Source: Leucoraja ocellata
Taxonomy: Eukaryota
NCBI GenBank assembly: GCA_036785375.1
Contig: JAWMAR010000156.1
Location: forward strand, 4,030,001 to 4,094,000
Length of the DNA stretch: 64,000 bases
Direction of reading: 5' to 3'
Shown here: piece by piece, positions 51,781 to 64,000 of the stretch
How the letters are laid out: the number at the start of each line of letters is the position of its first letter
Numbering within the stretch: position 1 is the first letter of the stretch
Made by a program: the position numbers and the translations under genes
The notes under the pieces: generated by a model
What the model was told of the DNA's origin: nothing
What the model saw: only the letters and a program-made list of their open reading frames with translations
Database searches by the model: none

Positions 51781-52784
51781 GCCCCGACCCTTGCAGTACA
51801 CTCCTAGTCACTCGCAGCCAACCAGAAAAAACATAGAAAATAGGTGCAGGCGTAGGCCACTTGGCCCTTCGAGCCAGCATCGCCATTCAATATCATGGCT
51901 GATCATCCAAAATCAGTACCCCGTTCCTGCTTTTTCCCCAATATCCCTTGATTCCATTAGCCCTAAGAGCTAAATGTAACATTCTCTTGAAAACATCCAG
52001 TGAATTGGCCTCCACTACCTTTTGTGGCAGAGAATCCCACAGATCCACAACTCTCTGTGTGAAAAAGTTTTTTCACATCTCAGTCCTAAACGGCTTACCC
52101 CTTATTCTTAAACTGTGACCCCTGGTTCTGGACTCTTCCAACATCGGGGAACATTTTTCCTGCATCTAGCCTGACCAATCCCTTAAGAATTTTATATTTC
52201 TATAAGATAACCTCTCATCCTAAATTCCTGCGAATACGAGCCTAGTTGACCCATTCTTTCATCATATGTCAGTCCCGCCATCCTGGGAATTAACCTGGTG
52301 AACCAACGCTGCACTCCCTCAATGACAGGAATGTCCTTCCTCAAATTAGAAGAGCAAAACTGCACAACTGTGTGGTCTCACCAGAGCCCTGTACAACTGC
52401 AGTAGGACCTCCTTGCTCTGTTACTCAAATCCTCTCGCTATGAAGGTCAACATGCCATTTGCTTTCTTCTCTGCCTGCTGTACCTGCATGCATAATTGCA
52501 GTGACTGATGTACAAGGACACCCAGGTCTCTCCCCCCCCCCCTTTTCCTAATCTGACACAATTCAGATAATAATCTGCCTTCTTGTTCTTGCCACCAAAG
52601 TGGATAACCTCACATGTATCCACATTATACTGCATCTGCCATGCATCTGCCCATTCACCCAAACTATCCAAGTCATCCTGCAGCCTCATAGCATCCTCCT
52701 CACAGCTCACACTGCCACCCAGCTTTGTGCCATCCGCAAACTTGGAGGTGTTACATTTAATTCATATAAGTGTATAAGAAAGAC

Positions 52785-54382
52785 ATATAAGTGTGAGGTG
52801 CTACATCTTGGCAGGACAACTCAAAATAGGATGTACATGGTAAATGGTAGTGAGTTGAGGAATGCAGTTGATCAGAGGGATCTAGGAATAACTGCACAGT
52901 TCCCTGAAGGTAGAATCTCATGTAGATAGGGTGGTAAAGAAAGCTTTTGGTGTGCTGGCCTTTATAAATCAGAGCATTGAGTATAGAAGTTGGGATGTAA
53001 TGTTAAAATTGTACAAGGCATTGGTGATGCCATTTCTGGAGTATGGTGTACAATTTTGGTTGCCTAATTATAGGAAGGATGTCAACAAAATAGAGAGAGT
53101 ACAGATGAGATTTACTAGAATGTTGCCTGGGTTTCAGCCACTAAGTTACAGAGAAAGGTTGAACAAGTTAGGTCTTTATTCTTTGGAGCGCAGAAGGTTA
53201 AGGGGGGACTTGATAGAGGTCTTTAAAATGATGAGAGGGATAGACAGAGTTGACGTGGATAAGCTTTTCCCACTGAGAGCGGGGAAGATTCAAACAAGAG
53301 GACATAACTTGAGAATTAAGGGACAGAAGTTTAGGGGTAACATGAGGGGGAACTTCTTTACTCAGAGAGTGGTAGCTGTGTGGAATGAGCTTCCAGTGGA
53401 AGTGGTGGAGGCAGGTTCGATTTTATCATTTAAAAATAAATTGGATAGGTATATGGACTGGAAAGGAATGGAGGGTTATGGTCTGAGTGTAGGTCAATGG
53501 GACTAGGGAAGAATAAGTGTTCGACACGGACTAGAAGGGCCGAGTTGGCCTGTTTCCGTGCTGTAATTGTTATATTCAGATTTAGATTCAACTTTAATTG
53601 TCATTGTCAGTGTACAGTACAAAGACAACGAAATGCAGTTAGCATCTCCCTGGAAGAGCGACATAGAATATGATTTCAATAAATAAATCTATTTACATGT
53701 ATACAGACATAGTGTTTTTCCCGTGGGAGGAGTGGCCGGGGGGGGGGGGGGGATTGGCAGTCACCGAGGTACATTGTTGAGTAGTGTGACAGCCGCAGGG
53801 AAGAAGCTGTTCCTGGACCTGCTGGTCCGGCAACAGAGAGACCTGTAGCGCCTCCCGGATGGTAGGAGGGTAAACAGTCCATGGTTGGGGTGAGAGCAGT
53901 TCTTGGCGATGTTGAGCGCCCTCCGCAGACAACGCTTGCTTTGGACAGACTCAATGGAGGGGAGCGAGGAACCGGTGATGCGTTGGGCAATTTTCACCAC
54001 CCTCTGCAGTGCTTTCCGGTCGGAGACAGAGCAGTTGCCATACCATACTGTGATACTCTCGATTGTGCAGCGGTAGAAGTTCACCAGGATCTGAGGAGAC
54101 AGATGGACCTTCTTCAGTCTCCTCAGGAAGAAGAGATGCTGGTGAGCCTTCTTGACCAGAGTTGATGTATTGTGGGTCCAAGAGAGGTCATCGGAGATGT
54201 TGACCCCCAGGAACCTGAAGCTGGAAACACGTTCCACCTCCGTCCCGTTGATGTGGATGGGGGTGTGCGTGCCGCCCCTAGACTTCCTGAAGTCTACAAT
54301 GAGCTCCTTGGTCTTCTTGGAGTTAAGGGCCAGGTTGTTGTCAGCGCACCATGCTGCTAGGAGCTGGACCTTATATGGTTAT
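52785..54382 (+). mobile_element. CR1 3' portion (same subfamily as 40491-42807), tail interrupted by Rex1/Babar
   Basis: ORF 52931-53506 VKKAFGVLAFINQSIEYRSWD...; ttatat|...|ttatatggttat tail. Confidence 0.9.
53576..54370 (-). mobile_element. Rex1/Babar LINE 3' portion
   Basis: ERVSSFRFLGVNISDDLSW...FYRCTIESI...RSRNSFFPAAV; TTATAT duplicated at 53570-53575 and 54371-54376. Confidence 0.92.
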
Positions 54383-56312
54383 TTCCCTCATCTAAATCTT
54401 TAATATATATTGTAAATAACTGGGGACCCAGCACTGAATCTTGCGGCACTCCACTAGTCACTGCCTGCCATTCTGAAAATAACCCGTTAATTCCTACTCT
54501 TTGCTTCCTGTCTCTCAATCTGTTCTCTATCCATGTCAATACCCTACCCCCAATACCATGTGCTCTAACCTTGCACACTAATCTCTTGTGTGGGACCTTG
54601 CCAAAGGCTTTTTGAAAGTCCAGATACACCACATCCACTGGGTCTCCCTTATCCATTCTACTTGTTACATCGTCAAAAAATTCCAGAAGATTAGTCAAGC
54701 ATGATTTCCTCTTCATAAATCCATGCTGACTTTGACCGATCCTGTCATTGCTTTCCAAATGCGCTGCTATTATATTTTAATAATCGATTCAAGCATCTTC
54801 CCCATTACCGATGTAAGGCTAACTGGTCTTTTATTCCCCGTTTTTTCTCTCCCTCTCTTACATTAGCTACCCTCCAGTCCACAGGAACTGATGCAGAGTC
54901 GAGAGAACATTGGAAAATGATCACCAATGCATCCACGATTTCTAGGGACACCTCCTTGAGTACTCTGGGATGCAGAACATCAGGCCCAGGGGATTTATCT
55001 GTCTTCAGTCCCAACAATTTACCTAACACCATTTCTTGACTAATGTGGATACCCTTCAGTTCCTCCCTCTCACTAGAACCTCAGTCCCCGAGTATTTCTG
55101 GGAGATTGTTTGTGTCTCCCTTAGTGAAGCCAGAACCAAAATACTGTCTTCATTTCCTTGTTTCCCATTATGAATTCACCTGTTTCCGACAGTAAGGAAC
55201 CAACATTTGTCTTCACTGATCTTTCCCTCTTCACATATCTAAAGAAGCTTTTACAGTTAGTTTTAATATTCCCTGCAAGCTTTATTTCATGCTCTATTTT
55301 CCATCCTTTAATTAACCCCTTTGTCCTCCTCTGTTGAATTCAAAATTTCTCCCAACCCTCCAGTTTGCTGCATCCTCTGGCCAATTTATTTGCCTCTTCT
55401 TGGAATTAACACTATCCTTAATTTCCCTCATTAGCCACGGTTGAATCGCCTTCCCCGTTTTATTTTATAGTCCAGACGGGGATGAACAATTGTAGTTCAT
55501 CCATGCGATCTTTAAATCTCTGCCATTGCATCTCCACCGTCAACCGTTTATGTATCATTTGCCAGTCTATCCTAGACAATTCCCGTCATACCATCAAAGT
55601 CTTCTTTCTTTAAGTTCACGATCCTTGTTTCTGAATTAATCGTGTCACTGCATCTTAATGTAGAATTCCACTATATTATGGTCACTGTTGCCCAAGGGGC
55701 TTTGCACAACAAGATTGCTATCTAATCCTTTCTCATTACACAATACACAGGATGGCCTGCCCTCTAGTCGGTTCCTTTACATATTGGCTTAGAAAACCAT
55801 CCCATATTCACTGCAGGAAATCCTCCTTAGCGTTGTTACCAATTTGGTTAGCCCAATCTATACGTAGATTAAAGTCACTCATGATAACTGCTGTACCTTT
55901 GCTACACACATCCCTAATTTCCTATTTGATGCTATCCCCAACCTCCTTGCTGCTGTTTGGTGGCCTGTACTCAACCTTGCGGTAATCTATCCATTCTTGT
56001 ATTTGTTGCTGATTCCATGTGCTTTGAAAGTTACATGCATAGTTTTATGTGGGGGAGGGGGGGGGTGCATTTTCAACCAGACTCAAGTAATTTGGGAAAT
56101 CCACTGGCCTGATGTTTCACATCCTGCCTAATATGCTTTCTGTTCATTTCAATGGAGAATGAATCGACCAGGCAGTACAAACAGCACCATAACCCTTCAT
56201 TTTTCTGCCGAGTGAGGCGGAGAAACATTTTGCCCAAATCAATATAAATCTTTAGGCAGATGAAAATGCAACTGTTCAAAAAGTGAACGGACTGTCTTAA
56301 AACATAGGGCAT

Positions 56313-57117
56313 ATGGATAGCAGTAAAAGGATTAGTCCAAGTCAACATGGATTTATGAAAGGGAAATCATGTTTGACTAATCTTCTGGAATTTTTTGAGG
56401 ATGTGACAAGTAAAATGGATGAAGCGGTGCCAGTGGATGTTGTGTATCTAGACTTTCATAAAGCCTTTGATAAGGTCACGCACGGGAGACTGGTGAGTAA
56501 AATGAGAGCACATGGTATTGGGGGTAGGGTGTTGACATGGATAGAAAATTGGTTGGCAGACCGGAAGCAAAGAGTAGGAGTGAACAGGTCCTTTTCAGTG
56601 GCGAGTGGAGTGCCGCAAGGCTCGGTGTTGGGGCCGCAACAATTTACCATATATATTAATGATTTGGAAGAGGGAATTAGGAGCAACACTAGCAAGTTTG
56701 CGGATGACACAAAGCTGGGTGGCAGTGTGAACTGTGAAGAGGATGTTAGGAGGTTGCAGGGTGACCTGGACAGGTTGAGTGAGTGGGCAGATGCGTGGCA
56801 GATGCAGTATAATATAGATAAATGTGAGGTTATCCACTTTGGCGGCAAAAACAAGGTGGCAGATTATTATCTCAATGGGGTTAGGTTAGGTAAGGGGGAG
56901 GTGCAGCGAGACCTGGGTGTCCTTGTACACCGGTCACTGAAAGTTGGCGTGCAGGTACAGCAGGGAGTGAAGAAAGCTAATGGAATGTTGGCCTTCATAA
57001 CAAGAGGATTTCAGTATAGGAGTAAAGAGGTTCTTCTGCAGTTGTATAAGGCTCTGGTGAGACCACATCTGGAGTATTGTGTACAGTTTTGGTCTCCCAA
57101 TTTGAGGAAGGACATTT
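56313..57117 (+). mobile_element. CR1 RT fragment with an open frame
   Basis: SQHGFMKGKSCLTNLL, DFHKAFDKV, SGVPQGSVLGP, KFADDTK, LVRPHLEYCVQFWSP. Confidence 0.92.
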
Positions 57118-57748
57118 TGTTCAGTTTTAGTCCATACTGCTTGGCCCTTCATCACTTGCCTATGGGAATATTAAATAAAACTGAAAATATTGAGAATACT
57201 CAATCGGTCAAGTAACATGTGTAACACATGCAGAAGTCACTTACATTAGTGCTGCCCAATCTGACATCCAGTAACACTTGCCAATTTAGTTCCTTTCATT
57301 TCAAGTTTCTTTCCTCTTTCCTCCTTCTGACATTTTCCACAACTTTGAACAGCTGAAAGCAGGCAGTAGTTGTTATCAACTTAGGTTAAGGTAGAGGAAT
57401 GGATTTGGAGGGAAGGGCTATGGAAGAATGTATAAGGAATGTGTGTTACCTTGTTTGTGTGTGTGCGCACCTGTACAGATCGGGTGCATCAGTGTGTAGA
57501 AAATGTGTGTCATATCTGTATGCTCATGTACGTGTAACACTACAACAGAACATGAAGTCCAATCATCTTGGACTTCCTTGACAATGGACCATCCTTTGCA
57601 ATGACTAGAGCGAATAAAAAATTCATGCTCTAGCTTGTTACACTCTGGCTTAAGTGTCTTTTATTTGTGTGTGGAACAACATTCCTGGAGTTTAATGTTT
57701 GTATGTCATTGGGTAAGTCCTTTGTCGTTGTATGTCGTTTGTTAGAGT

Positions 57749-57791
57749 TACTCTTAAACGACATACAATGTTTGTATGTCGTTTAAGAGTA
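57749..57791. repeat. perfect 20-bp inverted repeat with a 3-nt loop
   Basis: TACTCTTAAACGACATACAA-TGT-TTGTATGTCGTTTAAGAGTA. Confidence 0.95.
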
Positions 57792-58776
57792 TATTTTGTT
57801 GTTGAATCCTCCTTCACCCTACATTTGCAAGAGTTTGTAATGCCATTTTTATATTAAGTGCTTGGAGCACGTTTTTCTGTTTGGATTATTTTCAGAGGAT
57901 GGAAGATGTCAGCTTTTTTTGCAGCCTTTCTTGTTATGAATGCCATTCAAGTGGTATGCTGGAGATGAAACATCAAGTAAAGATATTCTGGTCAAGAGAG
58001 CAACTTGCTTCAATATGGTGCCATATGAGCATCTTTCTGCTGCTTATTATCTTCATAAGATATTCGCACATGACATATTGGAAGTTATAAATGGTACAAT
58101 AGATGAAGGAATGAAAGTAGCAGCAGAATTCTATCTTTGGGCCCACCAGCCTGTGACTTTTCTGTCTTTTAAAATGAATGGGTGAAAAATCATGGCTGGT
58201 GATCCCAGAAGTGAAAAAACCTAACCAATGCCTTCAAGAGAAAAGAGGAAATTCCATTTGCAATAAATTAACCTGAAAGAATTCAGATCAGTGCCTTTCT
58301 CTGCAAGTTCCATTAACGTATGTCTTGATCCATGACCAGTAGTTATTGTAGATCTCTGTAGATGGAACAGGTATATGAAGAAATGATGCAGTGCATTGGA
58401 GATAATTTATATTTCTCAATGCCAAGGCCAACCTGGAGTTCAATTTGAAATGTAATTTGATGGCTATGGCCTTTAACCTGCCGGTAGTTGGTTATGTGGA
58501 TAGTCAATGAATACTTCTCCAACCACTGACTTTTCTCTACGCTCATTTTTATTTTTCTAATTTCAACTTTCTGTTTTTTCTTTTTGTTCTTTTACTGATT
58601 TTTTTTTCCTCCACAATTTCTCCATGTATGTGTCTCTTTCTCATATTTATTTGCTTTCTTCCCTCTCACCATTCCTTATTTCCTGTCATCTCGTGCCCTC
58701 TGCACTTATTTCCTCTCCATCTCTTTTTCTCCTTTGTTTACTGCTCCTTTTTCCAAATGGTTTCATTTGTTTATTC

Positions 58777-58907
58777 TTCTTCTTCTTGCGTATGGCGTGC
58801 ACAGCCGAAGGTTGTTGGACAACTTGTTTTATTTGATCTTATTTGATTGTGCATGCCGGGTTGATTGAAACAGGGCGGACCACGTGAAGGTTGCAATCTC
58901 CCACGCC
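58777..58907 (-). mobile_element. second copy of the ribozyme-headed short retroposon (ribozyme decayed)
   Basis: TSD ATTTGTTTATTC (58765-58776, 58908-58919), (AAG)n tail, 9-nt deletion in J4/2-P2. Confidence 0.82.
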
Positions 58908-59399
58908 ATTTGTTTATTCAAAGTCCTCAAACTTGTGGCTCTTTATGTGCAAGTTTTGAAGGAGTAATATTGCTCCATCATAGGTTGCTGGTTACTTTGA
59001 CATCAGTGCTTTTGTACTGTATGTCATGAAACAAAAACAATTATTTGATTTATTTAATAAGCCATTTGTTTTTTTTCCTGTAACCACTGGTGCTTTTGAG
59101 TCATTACTTACTGAGATGCCAGGCATTCCCAATAGTGTTATAAATGTCATGGGTTTAACATTTTTCAGTGATGCAAAGAATTATTATTTTCTTCTTATGG
59201 ATTTTCATTGAAGGAAGAATAAGTTATGGTTTTTGTACTAATCTCATTCAGACTGAGTTTAATTATTTTCTGAGCATTCTGATTATCAGATTTTGTATGA
59301 GTTTTTTTTAATTTTGTGTCGAGTTTGCATGCAATGTCTGCTAGCATTTATTCCTTTTAAATAGATATGTGGTGAAATATTTATTGAATATCCCATTCT

Positions 59400-59572
59400 C
59401 AACACCGGTTCCCCGCAAAAATGCATTCTCAGTCTTCTACTATATCCCCTATACACTCATGACTGTGCAGCCAAATTCAACCCCAATTCCAACTATAAGT
59501 TTGTAGACAGCAACAGTGAGGTGGGTCGAATCATAAACATTGACGAGGAGTACGGGAAGGAGGTAGAGAACT
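59400..59572 (+). mobile_element. old Rex1/Babar RT fragment
   Basis: PQKCILS.LLY.LYTHDCAAK...YKFVD...EEYGKEVE. Confidence 0.65.
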
Positions 59573-60294
59573 TTGAACTTAAAACTCACTGCCATACTAA
59601 GAATGCGATGAGTGTAAACACACTTAGGAATGCTACTTCAGGGACAGAGTATGACAGAAAATGTTCATCTTAAATTCCTCAATCGATTGATTTTCTGTGG
59701 AAAATATGATATTGGTACTACATTTGAAGGTCATAATGCTCTCATTTATTATCTATTAACTGGAAGCATATTGGACTTAATATGCATCACTGAATCATTA
59801 CAATTCAAGGCACCTGAAAAAATTTCCATGAATGTAATATGTTTTTGGATATGATGAGAATTTCAACAATCCAGCATGGACTTATAAAATGTGAACTGTT
59901 GATGCAAATTTGCATTCTAGACTCATGTTTATGGCATGTAATGAATTCATTCAGCCCTGAAGTTGATATCATAGATTGATAAAGTAATGAATTTATTTTT
60001 GAATTTTCATTGAAGGAGGAAAGTTCGATAACTAAAGTAATGAACTGCATAGATTTAATATTTTATACCTGGGGAAATGTTATTGTTAAAACTAGACCTT
60101 AAAGCTCAGTGCAGTTCTGTGATATATTTGACAATCATTTTGCTATCCATGTTTCTCTTAAAAGTTGTCAGAAGCTTAATTTTTACAATACATTCTAGGA
60201 AGCTAGATTATTGTTTTAGTTTAGTTTAGAGGTACATGCCCTTAGAGGACCTGTTATATAGGTGCAGTCCTGGGGAATAGTCTCTCATTCCTAT

Positions 60295-60710
60295 GGGCCA
60301 TTCTTTAGAAAGTGAACCAAAATGTCACACACGTTACCTTGTGTCACATAAAGTAATACATAAAAAAAATTTGTGTAAGAGATTAATCTTATTCATTGGT
60401 ATTTTCCTACCTACAGAACTATAATGCATGTCTGCTAAAGATATGAACATTCTAGCTTTTTTAAAAATTCGCAAGTTTGTAAGATAAAACTATTATGAAA
60501 GATGTCACACACGTGACCAGTCATATTTGACCTCTGACCATTAAACAAACATTGTCAGCATAACATAAATATTCCACTTGATGAAACTTAAAAAAAATAT
60601 GAATCATATATACAGTACGAATCAATATACATGTAATGCTTTCAGAATTGGAAGAGATGTATTCCACAACTTTTCATATGTTTGGTCACACACATGACTA
60701 AGAATGGTGT
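60295..60710. mobile_element. possible MITE / non-autonomous DNA transposon
   Basis: ccattctt ... aagaatgg inverted ends and three gtcacacac(g/a)t.ac motifs; no TSD found. Confidence 0.35.
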
Positions 60711-61984
60711 GGGGGGGGGGGGGGGCTGTTGTGCTGTCATAGTGAACAGGATAATTGTGCTGTACTGGCAGCTTTTGCCACAAATCTGGCAATTTATTTT
60801 ATGAAGGCATAATTGAAAATACTTTCAGCAAACATTTTTTTATTTGTAAGCATTTAATATGCTAATGTCTAAAAAGAGCACAAAAAATCTAGTTTTTTAA
60901 TCATTGCAGACAATAAACTTGATTATCAAACTACGATAATGCTAAAGTAGTATTGCCATTTTTGAATCAGCGCAAAATCATTTTGGGAAGTATCAGCTCA
61001 AATATAATGGGAATATGTGGTTATTGATTTGTTATGAAACTGCACTTAAGTGGGTGGTAAGACTGATTCCAGATACTCATCATATATATTTGGTTGATAC
61101 CAAGCACATTACAAACAATATAAAACTGCTAGGTGAATTTGTTAGAGGACCTGAATATTTAAAAAATGTGTAGGATCATTTCATTGCTGACAGAAGACCA
61201 AAATATCCAACTTCCTTTTTTAAACAGTAATTAGTTAACCGAGGAACAACGCTGTGCAAATATATGTAACTGTACAAATGTAGGGCTCCTTTGTGGTTAT
61301 CATTCTTGTGGCTTTCAGTCAGGTGCAGTTAGCTGTCTAAGTCATTTCTATCTTTTCAACACTTGATTGGAAGCTGAAGTATAATTGGAGCTTTAAAGTT
61401 GAGACCACCAAATGTAATCTTACCAAATCCCCTCTGCTTAATCCATTTATTCCTACTGAACGGATCTCAGAGAATACGAGGCATGAATGCATTTTCATCA
61501 TTAAATGTTCACTGTGATGGCATGTACTACAATTATATGCATAAAAATAACTTGCTTTAATCCTAGTGATTGCACTTATTTATTTGAGGATTTTGTTCAA
61601 GCAAGTATGAATTTTTATCATTTATATTTTATTAAGGGTCTACAAACATTTTTTTAATCCTTATCGGGGTAATTAATATTCCATGATTGTTGAATGAGTT
61701 GAGAGAGTGTGCCATTTCAGTCCTATTTCAATATTCTCTCTATAGTAAAGAAGGCAGTTACTTTCAAGGTTTTATTCATTCCTTCTTTGGAAAATTAAAT
61801 TTTAAATCATTACTGACATTTGTTATATGTTTCTATTTGGAATCTTCAAATTGATGGAAGTTTTTCATGAAACATAGTGTTTAGCTTGCATGATGTAAGA
61901 AATCTTAATAGTGATCAAGAGGTTAAAGGGAAATTCAGATAAAACTTCTTTACCTAAAGAATGATCAACAATATCAATTGCTTC

Positions 61985-62160
61985 AGAAGGAACTGCAGAT
62001 GCTGGAAAATCGAAGGTAGACGAAAATGCTGGAGAAACTCGGCGGGTGAGGCAGCATCAATGGAGCGAAGGAAATAGGCAACGTTTTGGGTGGAGACCCT
62101 TCTTCAGATTGATGTGGGGGTGAGGGGGGGGGGGGGGAGGGGTGGGTGGAGGGAATGTAG
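61985..62160 (-). mobile_element. PLE terminal fragment
   Basis: Matches 1085-1240. Confidence 0.75.
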
Positions 62161-62838
62161 AGTTATGGTTATAAAGTTCAGAAAAAAATGATGGGAGGAG
62201 GCTCAAATTTGGTGTAAATGTCAACCTGGATTAGTTGGGCAGAATGATCCATTTTACTTTGAAAAGTAAATACTGGAGTAAGTCAGCGGATCTGGCAGCA
62301 TCTCTGGAGGAAATAGATTGGTGACATTTTGGTTTGTTTCAGGCTACTACATTTTGTATTTCTAATTGGTCACCTTCTGAACTCAGCACCCACTGTAGGA
62401 GGAAACACATTTCCGATTAACCTTCATAACCGATTAACTTCATAATTGGCAAACTTATGGTTACATTGGTATATTTTGTTTGCCATCAGTTGAAAGTTTG
62501 GGCTGATAACCATACCAAATAACTTGGATGGTCTGTGTGGAGGCACTACATCAGGATTTAAGTCCCCCAAACTATGTTGATACATTGTTGTAATGCAACG
62601 ACAATAGTTTATAGAAGAAATACTGAACAGAGAATCAGCTTTGCTTGCTCAATTGAATTGCATGATGTATAACATCACTTGAGATGAGCAGAGATGTTCC
62701 TTTACTATAATCAAAATTCACACTTTGGCCAAAAACTACTTATGGTCAATGTACTCCTTGGACTGTTTCTAAGATTTGGTTGCAGGAGAGCAAGTGGAAG
62801 GTGTGATTGTCACTGCTATTATAGACAATAGGTGCAGG

Positions 62839-63388
62839 TGTTAAACTGAGTTATTTTGTCAATCTAAATTCAAGAAAACTTGAATCAAACACTTGTTGCT
62901 GTCGAAACCGATTCTTTATTCAGCGCTGAGACATTTCTTTGAACCTTCCAACACAGAGCGGAAAGCTCCGGGGTAGGTCCAAAGAATTAGTGACTTTGGT
63001 ACAAACTCTATAAGGCATTATATAGGCATTAGACATTTCTGATACAGAGGGTATGACAAACTAGTAACCAAATACGAGTCCTTCTGGTGATTTACAACAG
63101 CAGTCACATGACACCCCTTCTCTGGCCTCATTTTACAACCTTCATTTGCCTGTGGTTTAACTTTGTTTAGAATTATTTTATTTCAACAAAGCAAACCCCT
63201 CCATTATCGAAGACCACTCCTCAAAATATAAGATACACATACAATACAATGATCACACAAGTCATACAAACAAAACACATTTTCCATACCAAGAAGAAAG
63301 ATATCTTTATAAATCTAAACAAGGTCTAATGTTTACAATCTTACTTAGACACAATACATTTCATAAGTGGTTTCACTACAATTTCACA
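62839..63388 (-). mobile_element. probable solo LTR (ERV-like)
   Basis: Minus strand TGTGAAAT...TTTAACA, with TATATAA then AATAAA in the expected order; flanks CAGG/CAGT match only 3/4. Confidence 0.45.
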
Positions 63389-63425
63389 CAGTTTAAAATA
63401 CTATTACCTATGTATTACAAACATT

Positions 63426-64000
63426 AATAGTAAGATTAAACGAGTACTTACCAGTGCGAAGTTTGATCTGTATTTGATGAGGAGTTACGATGAGGGATTA
63501 CGTGAAGAACCCGCTCAGTGCGCGGCATTACTTCCAAGCAGCGGTGTGGAATCACAGATAGACACAATATATGAAGTAAACATAGCAAAGATTAAGGAGA
63601 CATCAGTTTACTAGTTTGATCTATATAATGAGGGTGGGAGCGGAGGGCACGTAACCCTCATCGTAACTCCTCATAAAATACAGATCAAACTTCGCACTGG
63701 TAAGTACTCGTTTAATCTTACTATTTTACTTCGGAGTCACGTGAGTGACTACATGAAGACTTCAAAGGTCTGTGATTTCAAACCGTGTAACAGTTTTTAT
63801 TTCACTCACTGCCGAAGTTCTTGAGGGAGGAAGTGTTATCGTAATCAACCAATGGATCTGCTTTCTCAAGAAACAGAAAGGTATTTATTAACAATAACAA
63901 CATAAATAGCTCCCCTGAGTTTAAATTAAATATTTGCAGTTTGTAATATTCTGTCTGCAATTAAGTCAGGCTTTATCAGCGGTTTATAATAAAAAACATT
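63426..64000 (-). mobile_element. 3' end of a DIRS tyrosine-recombinase retrotransposon (terminal repeat plus ICR)
   Basis: ~78-bp inverted arms at 63426-63504 and 63648-63725 with the ggtaagta...aatctt motif; window end on the minus strand encodes a YR-like C-terminus FYYKPLIKPDLIADRILQ. Confidence 0.75.

Larger units (their letters stand above)
51828..55975 (-). mobile_element. long CR1 LINE split by two nested insertions
   Basis: Reading continues across the insert: ...IYIKDLDEG (~54385) | IKCNTSKFA (~52760). EN-region remnants to ~55975; 3' tail at 51828. Confidence 0.88.

Noticed and set aside
57940-58185. 81-aa ORF following an acceptor-like site
   Set aside because: No recognisable motif or good donor; this length is expected by chance.

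Overview
Eukaryotic, AT-rich, repeat-dominated window with two assembly gaps (48682-48813, 49322-49471). The repeat content (HE1-type V-SINEs, many CR1 LINEs, Penelope-like elements) suggests a cartilaginous fish, probably a skate or ray; this is an inference. No intact host gene is visible, only two weak candidate exons on the + strand. Most identifiable features are transposable elements: a full-length decayed L1 (33365-39579, 14-bp TSD), a full-length decayed RTE (20040-23834, 12-bp TSD), many CR1, Rex1/Babar, Tx1, L2 and Penelope fragments, solo LTRs, the 3' end of a DIRS element, Helitrons (including a head-to-tail array) and non-autonomous TIR elements. The strongest novel signal is a 145-bp TSD-flanked retroposon (46212-46356). 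Its first 54 nt fold on paper into a minimal HDV-like ribozyme with a CPEB3-type core, and a decayed second copy lies at 58777-58907. Also notable are a spliced spindlin/Tudor-like exon inside a TIR element, a GC3-rich captured coding fragment in another TIR element, and minimal hammerhead motifs in Penelope termini. All family calls come from motif recognition by eye with no database search. Boundaries without a TSD are approximate.
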